Shown: positions 1 to 11,027 of the stretch, one piece after another
How the letters are laid out: every line of letters starts with the position of its first letter
Numbering within the stretch: position 1 is the first letter of the stretch
NCBI GenBank assembly: GCA_024636855.1
Contig: JAGXGG010000075.1
Location: forward strand, 23,360 to 87,359
Source of the DNA: Ignavibacteriota bacterium
Lineage (GTDB): Bacteria > Bacteroidota > Ignavibacteria > Kapaibacteriales > UBA2268
Length of the DNA stretch: 64,000 nt
Direction of reading: 5' to 3'
Made by a program: the position numbers and the translations under genes
The notes under the pieces: model-generated
What the model was told of the DNA's origin: nothing
What the model saw: only the letters and a program-made list of their open reading frames with translations
Databases searched by the model: none

Positions 1-2369
1 AAACGTCCTTTGATTCTTGCTATTCCTTTAGCTCTATCTTTGCCAGAAGGAGCATGAATAATATCAACCATCATAGTAGGTGCAAAATCTCCAACTCCTA
101 CTAATGTAGCATTTTTCCATTTCAAAGTAGTATAGTCGCCTGTTACATAGTAACCAGGTATATAGCTATTTTCAACTGGTAGTGATAATAAAACATATTC
201 GCCATATTTCAGATTACTGAAATAGAAGTTACCTTCTTCATCAGTTCTTGTAACTGCTTTGTATTCTGTATTGTTTTTGTCTTTTAACAATGCAATAACA
301 GTTGACATTACAATGTTTCCTTCTTTATCAGCAACTGAACCACTCATAGCGCCTTGAGTTGCTTCATCAGCTCCCAATTTGAAGTCGATACCGTCTTTGT
401 CGGAATCTAGATAAATAATATCTGCTTCGTAATAAGAGTCAGCACCTTCGTACCATTGCATTTTGTATCTATCAGTATTAGTCATTGCTACAGCATTAGC
501 ATAGTACGTAAATGTGTCTGGTAATTTGATTGAGTAATTACCTTTTTCGTCAGTTTTTACACGATTATCAAATTTGAAATCTATGAATTCTTCATCATTA
601 TCTTTACCACCTAATACCCATTTAACAGGTAAGAATGTAACTACAGCAGGTAACGGTTCACCAGTAGCTGCATCTGTTACTTGACCAGTAACTACGTAGT
701 AGTTAGGCTCAGGAATAGAGTGTAACATCATACTAACTTCTACTTTCTCATTTTCACCAACACCAATTGTTTTAGCATTGATTAACTCAAAAGCATCTTC
801 GTAGTATTGCCCTTTGTAGCCTTTTACTTCTGCTTTTAAGTAGTATTTACCTGATGGTAATTTGATTGTAATAGAAGTTCCATTTAACTCAGCAGTGAAA
901 ACTCTTCTATCTTTAGTAGGAGGAACTCCAGGGACTTTATCTGTTGCATTCCAGACTGTAACTTTACCAAAGAAATCTTTGATATCATCTGTTTCGTCAT
1001 AGAAATTACAAGTTAGTATACTAGTATATTCTTTTTCTTCTCCTCTTACAATCAGATAAAAGTAACCAGTAATTTGAGTAAAAGTAGCACCATCATCACA
1101 TGTAGACCTTACTATAACAGGTACCTTATACTCACCTTTTACAGGGTTTTCCCATACCATCATACCAGTCTCTTCGTCCAATCTTAAATCTTGAGGAGTT
1201 GAATTGTGACCATCCTGTGCATCAGATAAATAATAAGCTAAACTACAATCACCTTTCGAAACAGCATTGACATCATATTTCCAAGCAACACCTGCTTCTA
1301 ATTTGTGAGTGAACATGGTACCTTTTTCAAAGTAAATTTCTGGTTCGTTAGAGTTACAATCACCCCAGCAAATATCGAAAGTCAATTTACTTACTATTTC
1401 GCCTGTACATTTGTTTCTCAAACCAATAACAGATTTATATTTTCCTTTTTCTTGAGCCGTAAAACTAATAAGAGCAGAATTTTCATCTAACTCTGATACA
1501 GCAATTTTTACTTTTGATTCAACTACAATTATATCAAATTCACAATCAGTGTCGTTAATAATTTTTATTCTAGTTGATTCTTGACCTTCGTCATTAAGAT
1601 TTATAAATTGATAAATTCCAGCAAAGTACATTCTCGGAGTAGGATTATCATCACAATCACCGAAGCAAATTTTTAGTGAAATTTTGCTTACTACTTCTCC
1701 CGTACATTTGTTTACAAGTCCAATTAATGCAAAGTGTTTTCCTTTTTCATCTGATTGGATTGTGAATACTACAGCGTCTTTACCTTGCTCCGCAACTTCA
1801 ATTTTCACATCTGATTCTATATCTGATTCTATGATTTTTATGCCATATTCACAATTTGTGTTATTGAATATTTTTACGGCTATCCTGCCTTTCCCATCAG
1901 CATCAAGCTTTATAAATGCTTCATCTGAAAGGAAGCTCATTCTTTCTTTTGGGGGAGTATTTTCAGCAATTTTGCCACATACTCTTACCGACAAATCACT
2001 AGCAACATCATTTTTTTCATCATATAGGCCTATAGTATAGCAATAGTCGCCCGCAGCTAATTTTTCAATTACAAATTTGTACTCACTTTTATTGTTTCGC
2101 TCTACTTTACCAACTCTTTCTTCTTTTTCTTTTCCGTCAACTTTCTTGTATTGAGTTATTCTAAAATAGTTACCTAATTCATTTTTTCTTTCTCCATCTG
2201 CCCAAGTCAATGTAATATTACCTTGAACTGGTGATGATTCCATAATGTCAACTTTAATTCCAACCTCGATTGGCTTTGCCGGCTGTTTTGCTAGCAAGTC
2301 AATGCTACCAGCACTCATGAAAGCTGCAATGAATCCAAGCAGCATTATTTTATATATAGTTTGTCTCAT
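1..2369 (-). CDS. Large secreted protein with carboxypeptidase-regulatory-like domains (3' end outside window)
   Basis: Not in the ORF track. Manual translation from ATG 2369 (MRQTIYKIMLLGFIAAFMSAGS...) stays open to the window edge. It has a signal peptide, two Cys-rich repeats (NKCTGEVVSKISLKICFGDC / NKCTGEIVSKLTFDICWGDC) and VTGQVTDAATGEPL / TDEEGNFYFSNL motifs. Confidence 0.85.
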   Translation of the reverse strand, partial: MRQTIYKIMLLGFIAAFMSAGSIDLLAKQPAKPIEVGIKVDIMESSPVQGNITLTWADGERKNELGNYFRITQYKKVDGKEKEERVGKVERNNKSEYKFVIEKLAAGDYCYTIGLYDEKNDVASDLSVRVCGKIAENTPPKERMSFLSDEAFIKLDADGKGRIAVKIFNNTNCEYGIKIIESDIESDVKIEVAEQGKDAVVFTIQSDEKGKHFALIGLVNKCTGEVVSKISLKICFGDCDDNPTPRMYFAGIYQFINLNDEGQESTRIKIINDTDCEFDIIVVESKVKIAVSELDENSALISFTAQEKGKYKSVIGLRNKCTGEIVSKLTFDICWGDCNSNEPEIYFEKGTMFTHKLEAGVAWKYDVNAVSKGDCSLAYYLSDAQDGHNSTPQDLRLDEETGMMVWENPVKGEYKVPVIVRSTCDDGATFTQITGYFYLIVRGEEKEYTSILTCNFYDETDDIKDFFGKVTVWNATDKVPGVPPTKDRRVFTAELNGTSITIKLPSGKYYLKAEVKGYKGQYYEDAFELINAKTIGVGENEKVEVSMMLHSIPEPNYYVVTGQVTDAATGEPLPAVVTFLPVKWVLGGKDNDEEFIDFKFDNRVKTDEKGNYSIKLPDTFTYYANAVAMTNTDRYKMQWYEGADSYYEADIIYLDSDKDGIDFKLGADEATQGAMSGSVADKEGNIVMSTVIALLKDKNNTEYKAVTRTDEEGNFYFSNLKYGEYVLLSLPVENSYIPGYYVTGDYTTLKWKNATLVGVGDFAPTMMVDIIHAPSGKDRAKGIARIKGR

Positions 2370-2626
2370 TTGAGATACCTCTTTATGTAAATTTATAATT
2401 ATTTATTCCGCATTTGATATAACAACACATAACCTCAAAAAAGGTAACAAAAAGAATCAAAAAAAAATTAAATATATAGAAATGTGTAATTACTCTTTAG
2501 TTTATCTTTTTCTAACATCTTCATTTATAAATATATTCATTATTTCCTCGTCCACCAAAAGTATTATGTCAAAATTTGTTAATTTTGCTAAACTAAAAAA
2601 TCAAAAATCATATAAAAGGTTTATAA

Positions 2627-3892
2627 ATGACTGGTTCTAAAATAACAATAAACAATGGTAAACTAAGTGTCCCTAATGACCCGATTATCCCTTTCATCGA
2701 AGGTGATGGTATTGGTCCAGATATTTGGGCAGCAACTGTAAGAGTGCTAGACAGTGCAGTAGAAAAAGCATACAATGGCGAAAAGAAAATAGTATGGAAA
2801 GAAGTATTAGCTGGTGAGAAAGCATTTGATAAAACTGGTGAATGGCTACCTGCTGAAACACTAGAAAATATAAATGAATATCTAATCGCTATCAAAGGTC
2901 CATTAACTACTCCAGTTGGTGGTGGTATTCGCTCTCTGAACGTTGCTCTAAGACAGCAACTAGACCTTTACACTTGTTTACGTCCCGTTAGATGGTTCCA
3001 AGGTGTTCCGTCTCCGGTCAAAGAACCTAATAAAGTTGACATGGTTATATTCCGTGAAAATACTGAAGATATCTATGCTGGTATAGAATGGAAAGCTGGC
3101 ACTCCTGAAGTGAAAAAAGTAATTGACTTTATCCAAAATGAAATGGGAGTTAAGAAAATCAGATTCCCAGAATCATCGTCAATAGGAATCAAACCAATCT
3201 CAATCGAAGGAACAGAGAGAATAGCAAGAGCAGCTCTTGACTATGCTATAGAGCACAAACGTGACTCTGTAACTTGGGTACACAAAGGTAACATCATGAA
3301 GTTTACTGAAGGTCTATTCAAAGATACTGGATATGATGTAGCGGAAAACGAGTATGGAGATAAGGTTTTCACATGGAGACAATACGACAAGATAAAAGAA
3401 GAGAAAGGCGAAGAAGCTGCTAACACGGCTCAAAAAGAAGCATTAGCAAATGGTAAAATATTAGTAAAAGATGTGATAGCAGATGCGTTCTTACAACAAA
3501 TCTTATTGCGTCCGGAAGAGTATGAAGTAGTATGTACTATGAACCTAAACGGCGATTACATATCTGATGCATTAGCTGCTATGGTAGGTGGTATTGGTAT
3601 AGCACCGGGTGCTAACATCAATTATATTACAGGTCACGCTATATTCGAAGCGACTCACGGTACTGCACCGAAATATTCTGGTTTGGACAAAGTGAACCCA
3701 GGTTCAGTAATCCTATCTGGTGTGTTGATGCTTGAGCATTTGGGATGGCAAAAAGCTGCTGATCTAATCGTAGATTCAGTAGAGAAAACAATTTCTCAGA
3801 AAACTGTAACTTACGATTTTGAAAGACAAATGGACGGCGCAAAATTGCTAAAAACTTCTGAATTTGGCGATGCACTAATTAAGAATATGTAA
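2627..3892 (+). CDS. icd: NADP-dependent isocitrate dehydrogenase
   Basis: [40 protein letters not shown] and [11 protein letters not shown] motifs. Confidence 0.98.
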   Translation: MTGSKITINNGKLSVPNDPIIPFIEGDGIGPDIWAATVRVLDSAVEKAYNGEKKIVWKEVLAGEKAFDKTGEWLPAETLENINEYLIAIKGPLTTPVGGGIRSLNVALRQQLDLYTCLRPVRWFQGVPSPVKEPNKVDMVIFRENTEDIYAGIEWKAGTPEVKKVIDFIQNEMGVKKIRFPESSSIGIKPISIEGTERIARAALDYAIEHKRDSVTWVHKGNIMKFTEGLFKDTGYDVAENEYGDKVFTWRQYDKIKEEKGEEAANTAQKEALANGKILVKDVIADAFLQQILLRPEEYEVVCTMNLNGDYISDALAAMVGGIGIAPGANINYITGHAIFEATHGTAPKYSGLDKVNPGSVILSGVLMLEHLGWQKAADLIVDSVEKTISQKTVTYDFERQMDGAKLLKTSEFGDALIKNM

Positions 3893-3924
3893 TCTGATTA
3901 GAATTATTCTTTAGATTTTAAGAG

Positions 3925-3955
3925 AACCGCTTTCGAAAGAAGGCGGTTTTTTTTT
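3925..3955 (+). terminator. Intrinsic terminator of icd
   Basis: aaccgc...gcggtt hairpin followed by a T run. Confidence 0.85.
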
Positions 3956-3974
3956 GTGGATTATCTTTCATTTT

Positions 3975-4108
3975 AAGGGACTAAAGTCCTTTCAAAATGC
4001 TCATCTATTTATCCATCGGTTAAAACCGATGGCAATAAATTCTAAAATGCTTTGAGACATTTTTCTTTATCATACACAAAGTATTGCCGTTGACTTTAGT
4101 CAACGGAT
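3975..4108. repeat. REP/REPIN-like palindromes, family B (atccRTYGRYtaaaRYCRAYggcaata)
   Basis: Inverted pair at 4011-4037 and 4082-4108, plus ggactaaagtcc; the same units recur at 25788-25851. Confidence 0.75.
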
Positions 4109-4189
4109 ACAAACATTCCCACCACCAGCAACCCCCTTAAAATAAAAGTAATTCTCAAACTTCAATCGAAAGTTATATAATACAAACCT

Positions 4190-5626
4190 TTGAACTTTCG
4201 ATTTATGCAACAAAAACCTAATAAGCTAACTGAAGGATCGATACTTAAATCGCTAATCACTCTTGCCCTGCCAGTTATATTTGTCAATATATTACAGACA
4301 GCGTATCAGCTAACAGATACTTTCTGGGTTGGCCGCTTGGGGACTGATGCAGTTGCCGCGGTTTCTATTAGTTTTCCTATTATCTTTTTTATTATTTCAC
4401 TTGGTATTGGGTTAGGAGTAGCTGGGACTATACTAGTTGCTCAGTATGCTGGTAAACAAGACCAAGCGACTGTTGATTATACTTCCTCTCAAACTTTTCT
4501 GATGGTAATAGTTGTATCAATAATTTTAGGGGCAATTGGTTATCTACTTTCCCCTTATATGACTATGGTAATGACTGATGACTCGAACGTAATCTACCCT
4601 GCCATTTCTTACATGAGAATATCTTTCATAGGGTTAGTGTTTATGTTTACTTATATGATATTCCAATCATTGCTTCGGGGAGTAGGTAATGTAAGAACAC
4701 CTATGTACATAGTGTTAGGTACTGTACTACTAAACTTAGTCTTAGACCCATTATTTATCTTTGGATACGGACCTATACCTGCCATGGGCGTCAAAGGGGC
4801 GGCGATATCAACAATATTGACTCAAGCTATTGCATCTATTATTGGAATTGCTTTATTGTCTGGAGGTAAATACGGAATTAAGTTAAAATTAAGTCATTTC
4901 AAACCCGATTATCCTCTAATCTATAAAATGTTCAAGATTGGATTCCCTTCGTCTGTTGAGCAATCTACTCGAGCACTTGGATTAGCCGTTATGACATTGC
5001 TAGTGACTACATTCGGCACACTTACGGTTGCTGCTTATGGTATTGGCACTTATGTGCTGATGTTTGTTATCATTCCAGCAATGGGTCTATCTATGGCGAC
5101 TTCTACATTAGTAGGACAGAACATAGGAGCAGGTAAAATAGAGCGTGCTGAGAGAATTGCTATATTAAGTACTAAATTGGCGTTCATAGCACTATCTATT
5201 GTGGGAATAATAATATTTATTTTTGCTAACCAAGTTGTAGCTTTCTTCATTCCAGGTGAAATAGAAACTATAAAGACTGGAGCTCTTTTTCTAAGAACAA
5301 TGTCATTAACCTTTGGGTTTGTAGGTGTACAGCTAACATTAAACGGAGTATTTATAGGTGCAGGTAATACGATGATATCCATGATTCTAGCTATTGTAAG
5401 TTTATGGGTACTGAGATTCCCATTGGGTTATGTATTAGCTATGCACACCTCACTTGCGGAAGTCGGTATATGGATAGCATTCCCAATATCTAATATAGTA
5501 GCCGCACTTGCTACATTGGTTTGGTTCAAAAAAGGGACTTGGAAAGAAAAGAAAATAACTGAAGAAATGAAACAGATAGAAGACACTAGAACTGAAACTA
5601 TAATAGAAGAAGGTGGATTGGGGTAG
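4190..5626 (+). CDS. MATE family efflux transporter (start probably ATG 4205)
   Basis: LTEGSILKSLITLALP, DTFWVGRLG, NLVLDPLFIFG and GQNIGAG motifs; multi-TM. Confidence 0.95.
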   Translation: MNFRFMQQKPNKLTEGSILKSLITLALPVIFVNILQTAYQLTDTFWVGRLGTDAVAAVSISFPIIFFIISLGIGLGVAGTILVAQYAGKQDQATVDYTSSQTFLMVIVVSIILGAIGYLLSPYMTMVMTDDSNVIYPAISYMRISFIGLVFMFTYMIFQSLLRGVGNVRTPMYIVLGTVLLNLVLDPLFIFGYGPIPAMGVKGAAISTILTQAIASIIGIALLSGGKYGIKLKLSHFKPDYPLIYKMFKIGFPSSVEQSTRALGLAVMTLLVTTFGTLTVAAYGIGTYVLMFVIIPAMGLSMATSTLVGQNIGAGKIERAERIAILSTKLAFIALSIVGIIIFIFANQVVAFFIPGEIETIKTGALFLRTMSLTFGFVGVQLTLNGVFIGAGNTMISMILAIVSLWVLRFPLGYVLAMHTSLAEVGIWIAFPISNIVAALATLVWFKKGTWKEKKITEEMKQIEDTRTETIIEEGGLG

Positions 5627-5661
5627 TGTAAAGATTTCAAATCCTTCATAAAAAAAATTAG

Positions 5662-5694
5662 AAACCGATTCATTATTTGAGTCGGTTTTTTTTA
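5662..5694 (+). terminator. Intrinsic terminator
   Basis: aaaccgattca...tgagtcggttt followed by a T run. Confidence 0.8.
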
Positions 5695-5737
5695 TTCGAA
5701 AAATAGATTTCATTAATACTTTACCTAATTGGTAATA

Positions 5738-5845
5738 ACAAAAACAGGACACTACAAACGGGGGAGGTTTGAAAGTGTCCTGTAGTATCGTCGCTTATAT
5801 AAACGCTCGATCGAACAATGACATTTATACACCTACAATTATGAA
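5738..5845 (-). ncRNA. Candidate small RNA
   Basis: TAAATTTG promoter box at 5855-5848 (-); terminal hairpin 5744-5783 with a C-rich loop and U tail. Confidence 0.3.
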
Positions 5846-5922
5846 GCCAAATTTATGTCATTTTAAATTATTATTTTTGTTATTCGTCAAGTTCGTGAAA
5901 ACAAATAAATTGAGATTGATAA

Positions 5923-7581
5923 ATGACTACTAAAAGAACAGTAACTGTACCAAGAGGTACCGAATTAACTTGTAAGAACTGGCAACTTGAAGCCGCGTAC
6001 CGTATGATACACCACAATCTAGACCCCGAGAATGCCGAGAAACCAGAAGAGCTAATCGTATATGGTGGGCTAGGAAAAGCTGCTAGAAATTGGGAAAGCT
6101 TCGATGCTATTACCAATACCCTCAAGAATATGGACATAGATGAAACTCTTTTAGTTCAGTCAGGCAAGCCAGTTGGTGTTGCTAAGACTTATTCTGCTGC
6201 TCCTAGAGTAATAATAGCAAATTCGAACCTAGTTCCGAATTGGGCAAATTGGGAACATTTCCGTGAATTAGATAAAAAGGGTCTGATGATGTACGGTCAG
6301 ATGACAGCTGGTAGTTGGATATACATTGGTACGCAGGGAATAGTACAAGGGACTTATGAGACTTTCGCTGAGTGTGCTAGACAGCATTTTGGTGGTACAT
6401 TAAACGGTCGATTCCTATTGACAGGCGGTATGGGTGGAATGGGTGGTGCACAACCACTAGCCGCTAAATTCGCTGGCGCTGCTTCTATCACGGTCGAAAT
6501 AGATGAAACAAGAATAGACAAGCGTATCCACGACGGATATTGCGATGTAAAGGTTGATAATCTGGACGATGCACTAAGAGTAATGAATGAAGCTAAAAAT
6601 AACAACGAAGCAAAGTCTATAGGGCTAATTGGGAATACAGCAGAAGTTCCTCCTGAACTTTTGAGACGTGGTATTGTTCCAGATATAGTGACAGACCAAA
6701 CTTCGGCACATGACCCACTAAACGGTTACTATCCAGCTGGGTATAGCAAAGACGAAGCTGATAAGCTAAGAGCTGCTGACCCAGAGAAATATTTAGCAGA
6801 AGTTTATAAATCCATAGCTACTCACGTAGAAACTATGGTTGAATTCCAGAAGAAAGGAGCCGTTGTGTTCGATTATGGAAATAATATACGTGGTATAGCT
6901 CAAGACAATGGCGGCTATAAAGATGCTTTCGCATTCAAAGGATTCGTACCTGAATATATCCGTCCTCTATTCTGTGATGGTAAAGGGCCCTTCCGTTGGG
7001 TAGCCCTATCAGGTAATCCAGACGATATCGCAGTTACTGATGCTGCAATCAAAAATCTTTTCCCTGATAACGAACCGCTACATAGATGGATAGATAATGC
7101 TGCCGCTAATATCGGCTACCAAGCATTACCAGCAAGAATTTGTTGGCTTGGCTATGGCGAAAGAGCGCTAGCAGGACAGTTATTCAACGAGCTAGTAAGA
7201 ACTGGCAAAGTCTCTGCTCCAATCGTAATAGGTCGTGACCATTTGGATTGCGGTTCAGTTGCTTCACCTTACAGAGAGACAGAGGGAATGCTAGATGGCT
7301 CTGATGCAGTTTCTGATTGGGTGTTCCTAAACTTTGCACTGAACGCTATCGGTGGTGCTTCGTGGGTGTCTCTTCACCACGGTGGGGGAGTAGGTATGGG
7401 ATTATCACAACATGCAGGCATGGTAGTCGTCGCTGATGGTACAGATGAAGCAAAAGGCAGATTAGAAAGAGTTCTAACTTATGACCCACTAATGGGGATA
7501 CTAAGACACACAGATGCTGGCTACGAAAGAGCCGCAGACAATGCAAAGAAATTCGATATAAATATACCAATGGGTAAGTAA
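5923..7581 (+). CDS. hutU: Urocanate hydratase
   Basis: [40 protein letters not shown] and [18 protein letters not shown] motifs. Confidence 0.98.
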   Translation: MTTKRTVTVPRGTELTCKNWQLEAAYRMIHHNLDPENAEKPEELIVYGGLGKAARNWESFDAITNTLKNMDIDETLLVQSGKPVGVAKTYSAAPRVIIANSNLVPNWANWEHFRELDKKGLMMYGQMTAGSWIYIGTQGIVQGTYETFAECARQHFGGTLNGRFLLTGGMGGMGGAQPLAAKFAGAASITVEIDETRIDKRIHDGYCDVKVDNLDDALRVMNEAKNNNEAKSIGLIGNTAEVPPELLRRGIVPDIVTDQTSAHDPLNGYYPAGYSKDEADKLRAADPEKYLAEVYKSIATHVETMVEFQKKGAVVFDYGNNIRGIAQDNGGYKDAFAFKGFVPEYIRPLFCDGKGPFRWVALSGNPDDIAVTDAAIKNLFPDNEPLHRWIDNAAANIGYQALPARICWLGYGERALAGQLFNELVRTGKVSAPIVIGRDHLDCGSVASPYRETEGMLDGSDAVSDWVFLNFALNAIGGASWVSLHHGGGVGMGLSQHAGMVVVADGTDEAKGRLERVLTYDPLMGILRHTDAGYERAADNAKKFDINIPMGK

Positions 7582-7582
7582 A

Positions 7583-8191
7583 ATGAAAGCAATAGTAATA
7601 GGTGCCACAGGCACAATAGGAAAAGGAATAGTAGAGGAACTAGAAAGCAAGGGATACGAAGTTATCTCTGGTCACAGAAACTCAATAGTGAGCATAGACA
7701 TAGATAACCCCGAATCAGTTCACAATTTCTTCGAAAGTACAGAAATGGTAGATGCAATAATATGTGCAGCTGGTAGTGCAGCATTCGCTCCAGTGAGTGA
7801 ACTAGACGAAGAAAAAATCCAATCTAGTTTGAATAGCAAGTTCGCTGGTCAGCTAAGAGTAGCCAAATATGGTATGAAAAATCTACATAAGAATGGAGCA
7901 ATCATCTTGACTGGTGGTATGTTCGCTTATGCTCCTTGGCCATCAACTTCTATTATTTCAGCAGTGAACAAAGGACTAGAGGGATTTGCTCTAGGTGCGA
8001 CTTTAGAAATGGAAGATGGGAAACGAATTATGGTGGCTCTTCCACCACTACTATCAGAGTCAGCTGAGAAAATGGGAATGCCTACAGACCCATGGCCAAA
8101 CTCTAGCGAAGTAGCTAAATCATATTCCAAAGCATTGGAAAGTGGCAAAAGTGCCGACGTATTCTACGTAGATGGTTACGAACCAAAGTAG
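7583..8191 (+). CDS. Short-chain dehydrogenase
   Basis: N-terminal Rossmann motif IGATGTIG and DAIICAAG. Confidence 0.9.
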   Translation: MKAIVIGATGTIGKGIVEELESKGYEVISGHRNSIVSIDIDNPESVHNFFESTEMVDAIICAAGSAAFAPVSELDEEKIQSSLNSKFAGQLRVAKYGMKNLHKNGAIILTGGMFAYAPWPSTSIISAVNKGLEGFALGATLEMEDGKRIMVALPPLLSESAEKMGMPTDPWPNSSEVAKSYSKALESGKSADVFYVDGYEPK

Positions 8192-8205
8192 TTAGAATAA
8201 ATCCA

Positions 8206-8242
8206 TGTCACTCTGATAACGCCGAAGGCGTTATCAGAGTCT
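8206..8242. repeat. Long palindrome (REP-like)
   Basis: actctgataacgcc-gaa-ggcgttatcagagt, a perfect 14-bp stem. Confidence 0.7.
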
Positions 8243-8266
8243 AGGTGAATAAGTAGTTGATAATTT

Positions 8267-8297
8267 AAGAGGATCTTGAAAAAGGTTCTCTTTTTTT
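8267..8297 (+). terminator. Intrinsic terminator after hutU-SDR
   Basis: aagaggatctt-gaaa-aaggttctctt followed by a T run. Confidence 0.65.
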
Positions 8298-8334
8298 ATA
8301 TATTACATTTCGGGAAACACTATGGATTTATAAT

Positions 8335-9012
8335 ATCAAACTCATCACAATCATATTTTTAGCTTTTGCTATCCCTTTTAGTGGGTATGGGCAAGTTATT
8401 GATGAAGACCCTTTGACTAATTGTAGAGGACCATTACCTAATTATCTGCACTTTAACACAGGTGTTAATTATTCAAAACTTAATGGTAGTCAACTTAAAA
8501 ATATAGACTTTAATCAAAGATATCAGGTCTCGTTTACTTATGAAGTTTATTTTGGAGACCAATATGTCGATCCTATAAATTCATTTGAATACGGGTTGAG
8601 TTATAATCAAAACGGGTTTAAACACGAAAATGCAAATGGAAAAGTAGAAACAATAAATTATGAATACCTATCTATACCAATAACATACAACTATATTGTT
8701 TATAATACATTTCCAAAAAGAGAACAAAATCGCTTTTTTGATCATATTCTATTGCTTCGTGGTGGAGCGTACTTAAGTTATTTAATGAATAGTAATGTTG
8801 ATAATAATAAAAATTCAATACCTACTTTAGATTATGGAATTAAATTTGGGCCTAGAATAGAATTTTTACCATTTTCATATTTCTTTTGCACTCTGGAATA
8901 TAACTTATTCTTAGGTTTAGGTGATTTTAGCGGTGATTTTGAGAAGAGTAATAATATTTCTCATTCGATAGAACTTGGTGTTGGTATGTATTTTCGATTT
9001 TTTTATTATTGA
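8335..9012 (+). CDS. Outer-membrane beta-barrel (PorT-like) cassette 1, non-ATG start
   Basis: Signal peptide repeat in frame with ORF 8413..9012; GVNYS, YLSIPI, GGAYLSYL and DYGI motifs; aromatic C-terminus. Confidence 0.8.
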   Translation: MKLITIIFLAFAIPFSGYGQVIDEDPLTNCRGPLPNYLHFNTGVNYSKLNGSQLKNIDFNQRYQVSFTYEVYFGDQYVDPINSFEYGLSYNQNGFKHENANGKVETINYEYLSIPITYNYIVYNTFPKREQNRFFDHILLLRGGAYLSYLMNSNVDNNKNSIPTLDYGIKFGPRIEFLPFSYFFCTLEYNLFLGLGDFSGDFEKSNNISHSIELGVGMYFRFFYY

Positions 9013-9021
9013 GATAAATGA

Positions 9022-9663
9022 ATCAAACTACTCACATTCATATTGCTTGTTTTTGCTATTCCTTATAGTGGGTATGGGCAGGTGGGTGTGAACCCTCTAA
9101 CATTTTATCCGACATCAAGACCTTTTTATCTTGGTCTAAATGGAGGATTGAATTATTCTAAAATCAATTACGATGACGCATCCACGGAATACCTCCCTTC
9201 AGTTCAGTTGGCAATCGAGTTTCAGTCATTTCTTTCTTCATATAAAAATGCAAGAAGTACATTACTGTATGGGGTGAGCTACGAATTAAAACAGTTTAGT
9301 ATTCTGAACTCAAGTAATGAATCAATACAATTGGAATCAAGTTATTTATCATTCCCTATAAAATATCAATACTATTTTACTGATTTGCAAAAGAGTATTC
9401 CTGTTAGTGTAGTACTAGGGGGCTTTTATAGTTTTAAGCTTGATGAAAGTTCTATAGACAAAGATATTGAGTATTTACCAAATAGTAATTATGGTATTAT
9501 TGTAGGTCCTAAAATAGAAATAATTTTAAATTATGGATTCTTTTTAAACCTTGATTATAACTTTCAATATGGTTTTGCATCGTTGAAAAATTCTATTTCG
9601 ACTACTAATAACATAAGTCATATAATAAACATCGGTTTCAAATTTCCATCAACAGTATTTTAA
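9022..9663 (+). CDS. Outer-membrane beta-barrel cassette 2, non-ATG start
   Basis: In-frame TGA immediately precedes ATC AAA; GLNGGLNYS and YLSFPIKY motifs; C-terminal IGFKFPSTVF. Confidence 0.8.
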   Translation: MKLLTFILLVFAIPYSGYGQVGVNPLTFYPTSRPFYLGLNGGLNYSKINYDDASTEYLPSVQLAIEFQSFLSSYKNARSTLLYGVSYELKQFSILNSSNESIQLESSYLSFPIKYQYYFTDLQKSIPVSVVLGGFYSFKLDESSIDKDIEYLPNSNYGIIVGPKIEIILNYGFFLNLDYNFQYGFASLKNSISTTNNISHIINIGFKFPSTVF

Positions 9664-9681
9664 ATTAAAAAAGCAACAAAT

Positions 9682-10338
9682 ATCAAACTACTTACAATCA
9701 TATTGCTGGCTTTTGCTATTCCATTTAGTGGGTATGGGCAGTTGAGTGACTCTGAATTAAGTACTCGTTACTTTATGGATTACTTTACATTAAGTTCTGG
9801 GGTTAATTTCGTAAATGTTACTCAAAATAGTAATGAAATATTTGGTAGTTATCGTGGCTTTCAGGCAAATTTGACTTATGAAAAATACATTGGCTCCAGT
9901 TACACCAAACCGACAAACTCAATAGAGTTCGGAGTAAGCTACATTAGTAAAGAATTCGCTAGTAGTTATAATAATTCCCAAAACTCATTAAATGTGTATT
10001 ACTTATCTTTGCCGATAAACTATAATACGCGATTTTTATCTGTGTTTCTGATGAAAGTAGGAGGTTATGTGAGCTATAAGTTAAATAACCTAGATGGTTT
10101 TTACAGAAATTATTCTAGTGAAAATTTATTGACTTTGCCCGAACTCGATTATGGAATACACGTTGGTACTCGCCTAGAGCTAAATGAGATATCTAGTGAA
10201 GTCTCTATTCCTGTCTTTATAGAATATAATCTCCAATATGGCCTAGTTAGTATAGAAGAGATTTTACCAAACAGTTTTAATGGTACTCATACTATAAACC
10301 TTGGGGTAAAATTTCCAATAGTTGTATCTAAAAAGTAA
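9682..10338 (+). CDS. Outer-membrane beta-barrel cassette 3, non-ATG start
   Basis: SSGVNF, YLSLPINY, VGGYVSYKL, DYGI and EYNLQYGL motifs. Confidence 0.8.
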   Translation: MKLLTIILLAFAIPFSGYGQLSDSELSTRYFMDYFTLSSGVNFVNVTQNSNEIFGSYRGFQANLTYEKYIGSSYTKPTNSIEFGVSYISKEFASSYNNSQNSLNVYYLSLPINYNTRFLSVFLMKVGGYVSYKLNNLDGFYRNYSSENLLTLPELDYGIHVGTRLELNEISSEVSIPVFIEYNLQYGLVSIEEILPNSFNGTHTINLGVKFPIVVSKK

Positions 10339-10354
10339 TTATTACAGGTATATT

Positions 10355-11011
10355 ATCAAACTAATCACAATCATATTACTAGCTTTTGCTATTCCATACA
10401 ATGGGTATGGGCAAGGGGATCAAGATGACCCATCAGACCGTCCTCCAAGAGCCCAACCGTTTTTAATTGGCTTAAGTAGTGGTATAAACTATTCTAATAT
10501 GATGTATGAAAATACTTCAACTGAATTTATGTTTTCTGGAAAAATTTCATTGGATTTTGAATACCCAATGCTCTATATTAATGAATATCGCAGAGACTTC
10601 ACTTTTTCCACTGGAATTAGTTTCGATAATAAAAACTTAAATATAAATGATGCAAACAATAACCAGAAACAGTCAAACATAACATTTCTAACAATTCCAA
10701 TAAAATATGAATTACTAATAGGTACAAATTATTCAGAAAATAAACTTAGAACCAGCATAGTGGTTGGTCCTTCATTTAGCTTTCTTATATCTAATCCCTT
10801 TAAAGTAATTAAAGAAAAACCACTATGGCTAAATGTAGGAATAATCTTAGGTCCTAAATTTGAATATGTTTTAAACCCTGAACTTTTTATGTTTATAGAG
10901 TATAATTATCAAATTGGGCTAACTAAGCTCTATGATATTGAAGCATTAAATGCAATTAATAGCCATATTGTAAATATAGGATTCAAAATCCCTTCAACCG
11001 TTTTATTTTAG
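10355..11011 (+). CDS. Outer-membrane beta-barrel cassette 4, non-ATG start
   Basis: GLSSGINYS, FLTIPIKY and GPSFSFL motifs; C-terminal IGFKIPSTVLF. Confidence 0.8.
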   Translation: MKLITIILLAFAIPYNGYGQGDQDDPSDRPPRAQPFLIGLSSGINYSNMMYENTSTEFMFSGKISLDFEYPMLYINEYRRDFTFSTGISFDNKNLNINDANNNQKQSNITFLTIPIKYELLIGTNYSENKLRTSIVVGPSFSFLISNPFKVIKEKPLWLNVGIILGPKFEYVLNPELFMFIEYNYQIGLTKLYDIEALNAINSHIVNIGFKIPSTVLF

Positions 11012-11027
11012 AGGCAGGATAAACAAT

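Noticed and set aside
1305-2040. Plus-strand ORFs 1305..1490 and 1684..2040
   Set aside because: Antisense shadows of the long minus-strand gene 1..2369. The other short antisense ORFs inside icd, hutU, nrdJ, purH and the S1 gene were rejected for the same reason.
8335-10338. Stop-codon readthrough polyprotein (cassettes 1-3 share a frame)
   Set aside because: Two TGAs and a TAA intervene, cassettes 4 and 5 are in other frames, and TGA is used as a normal stop elsewhere in the window.
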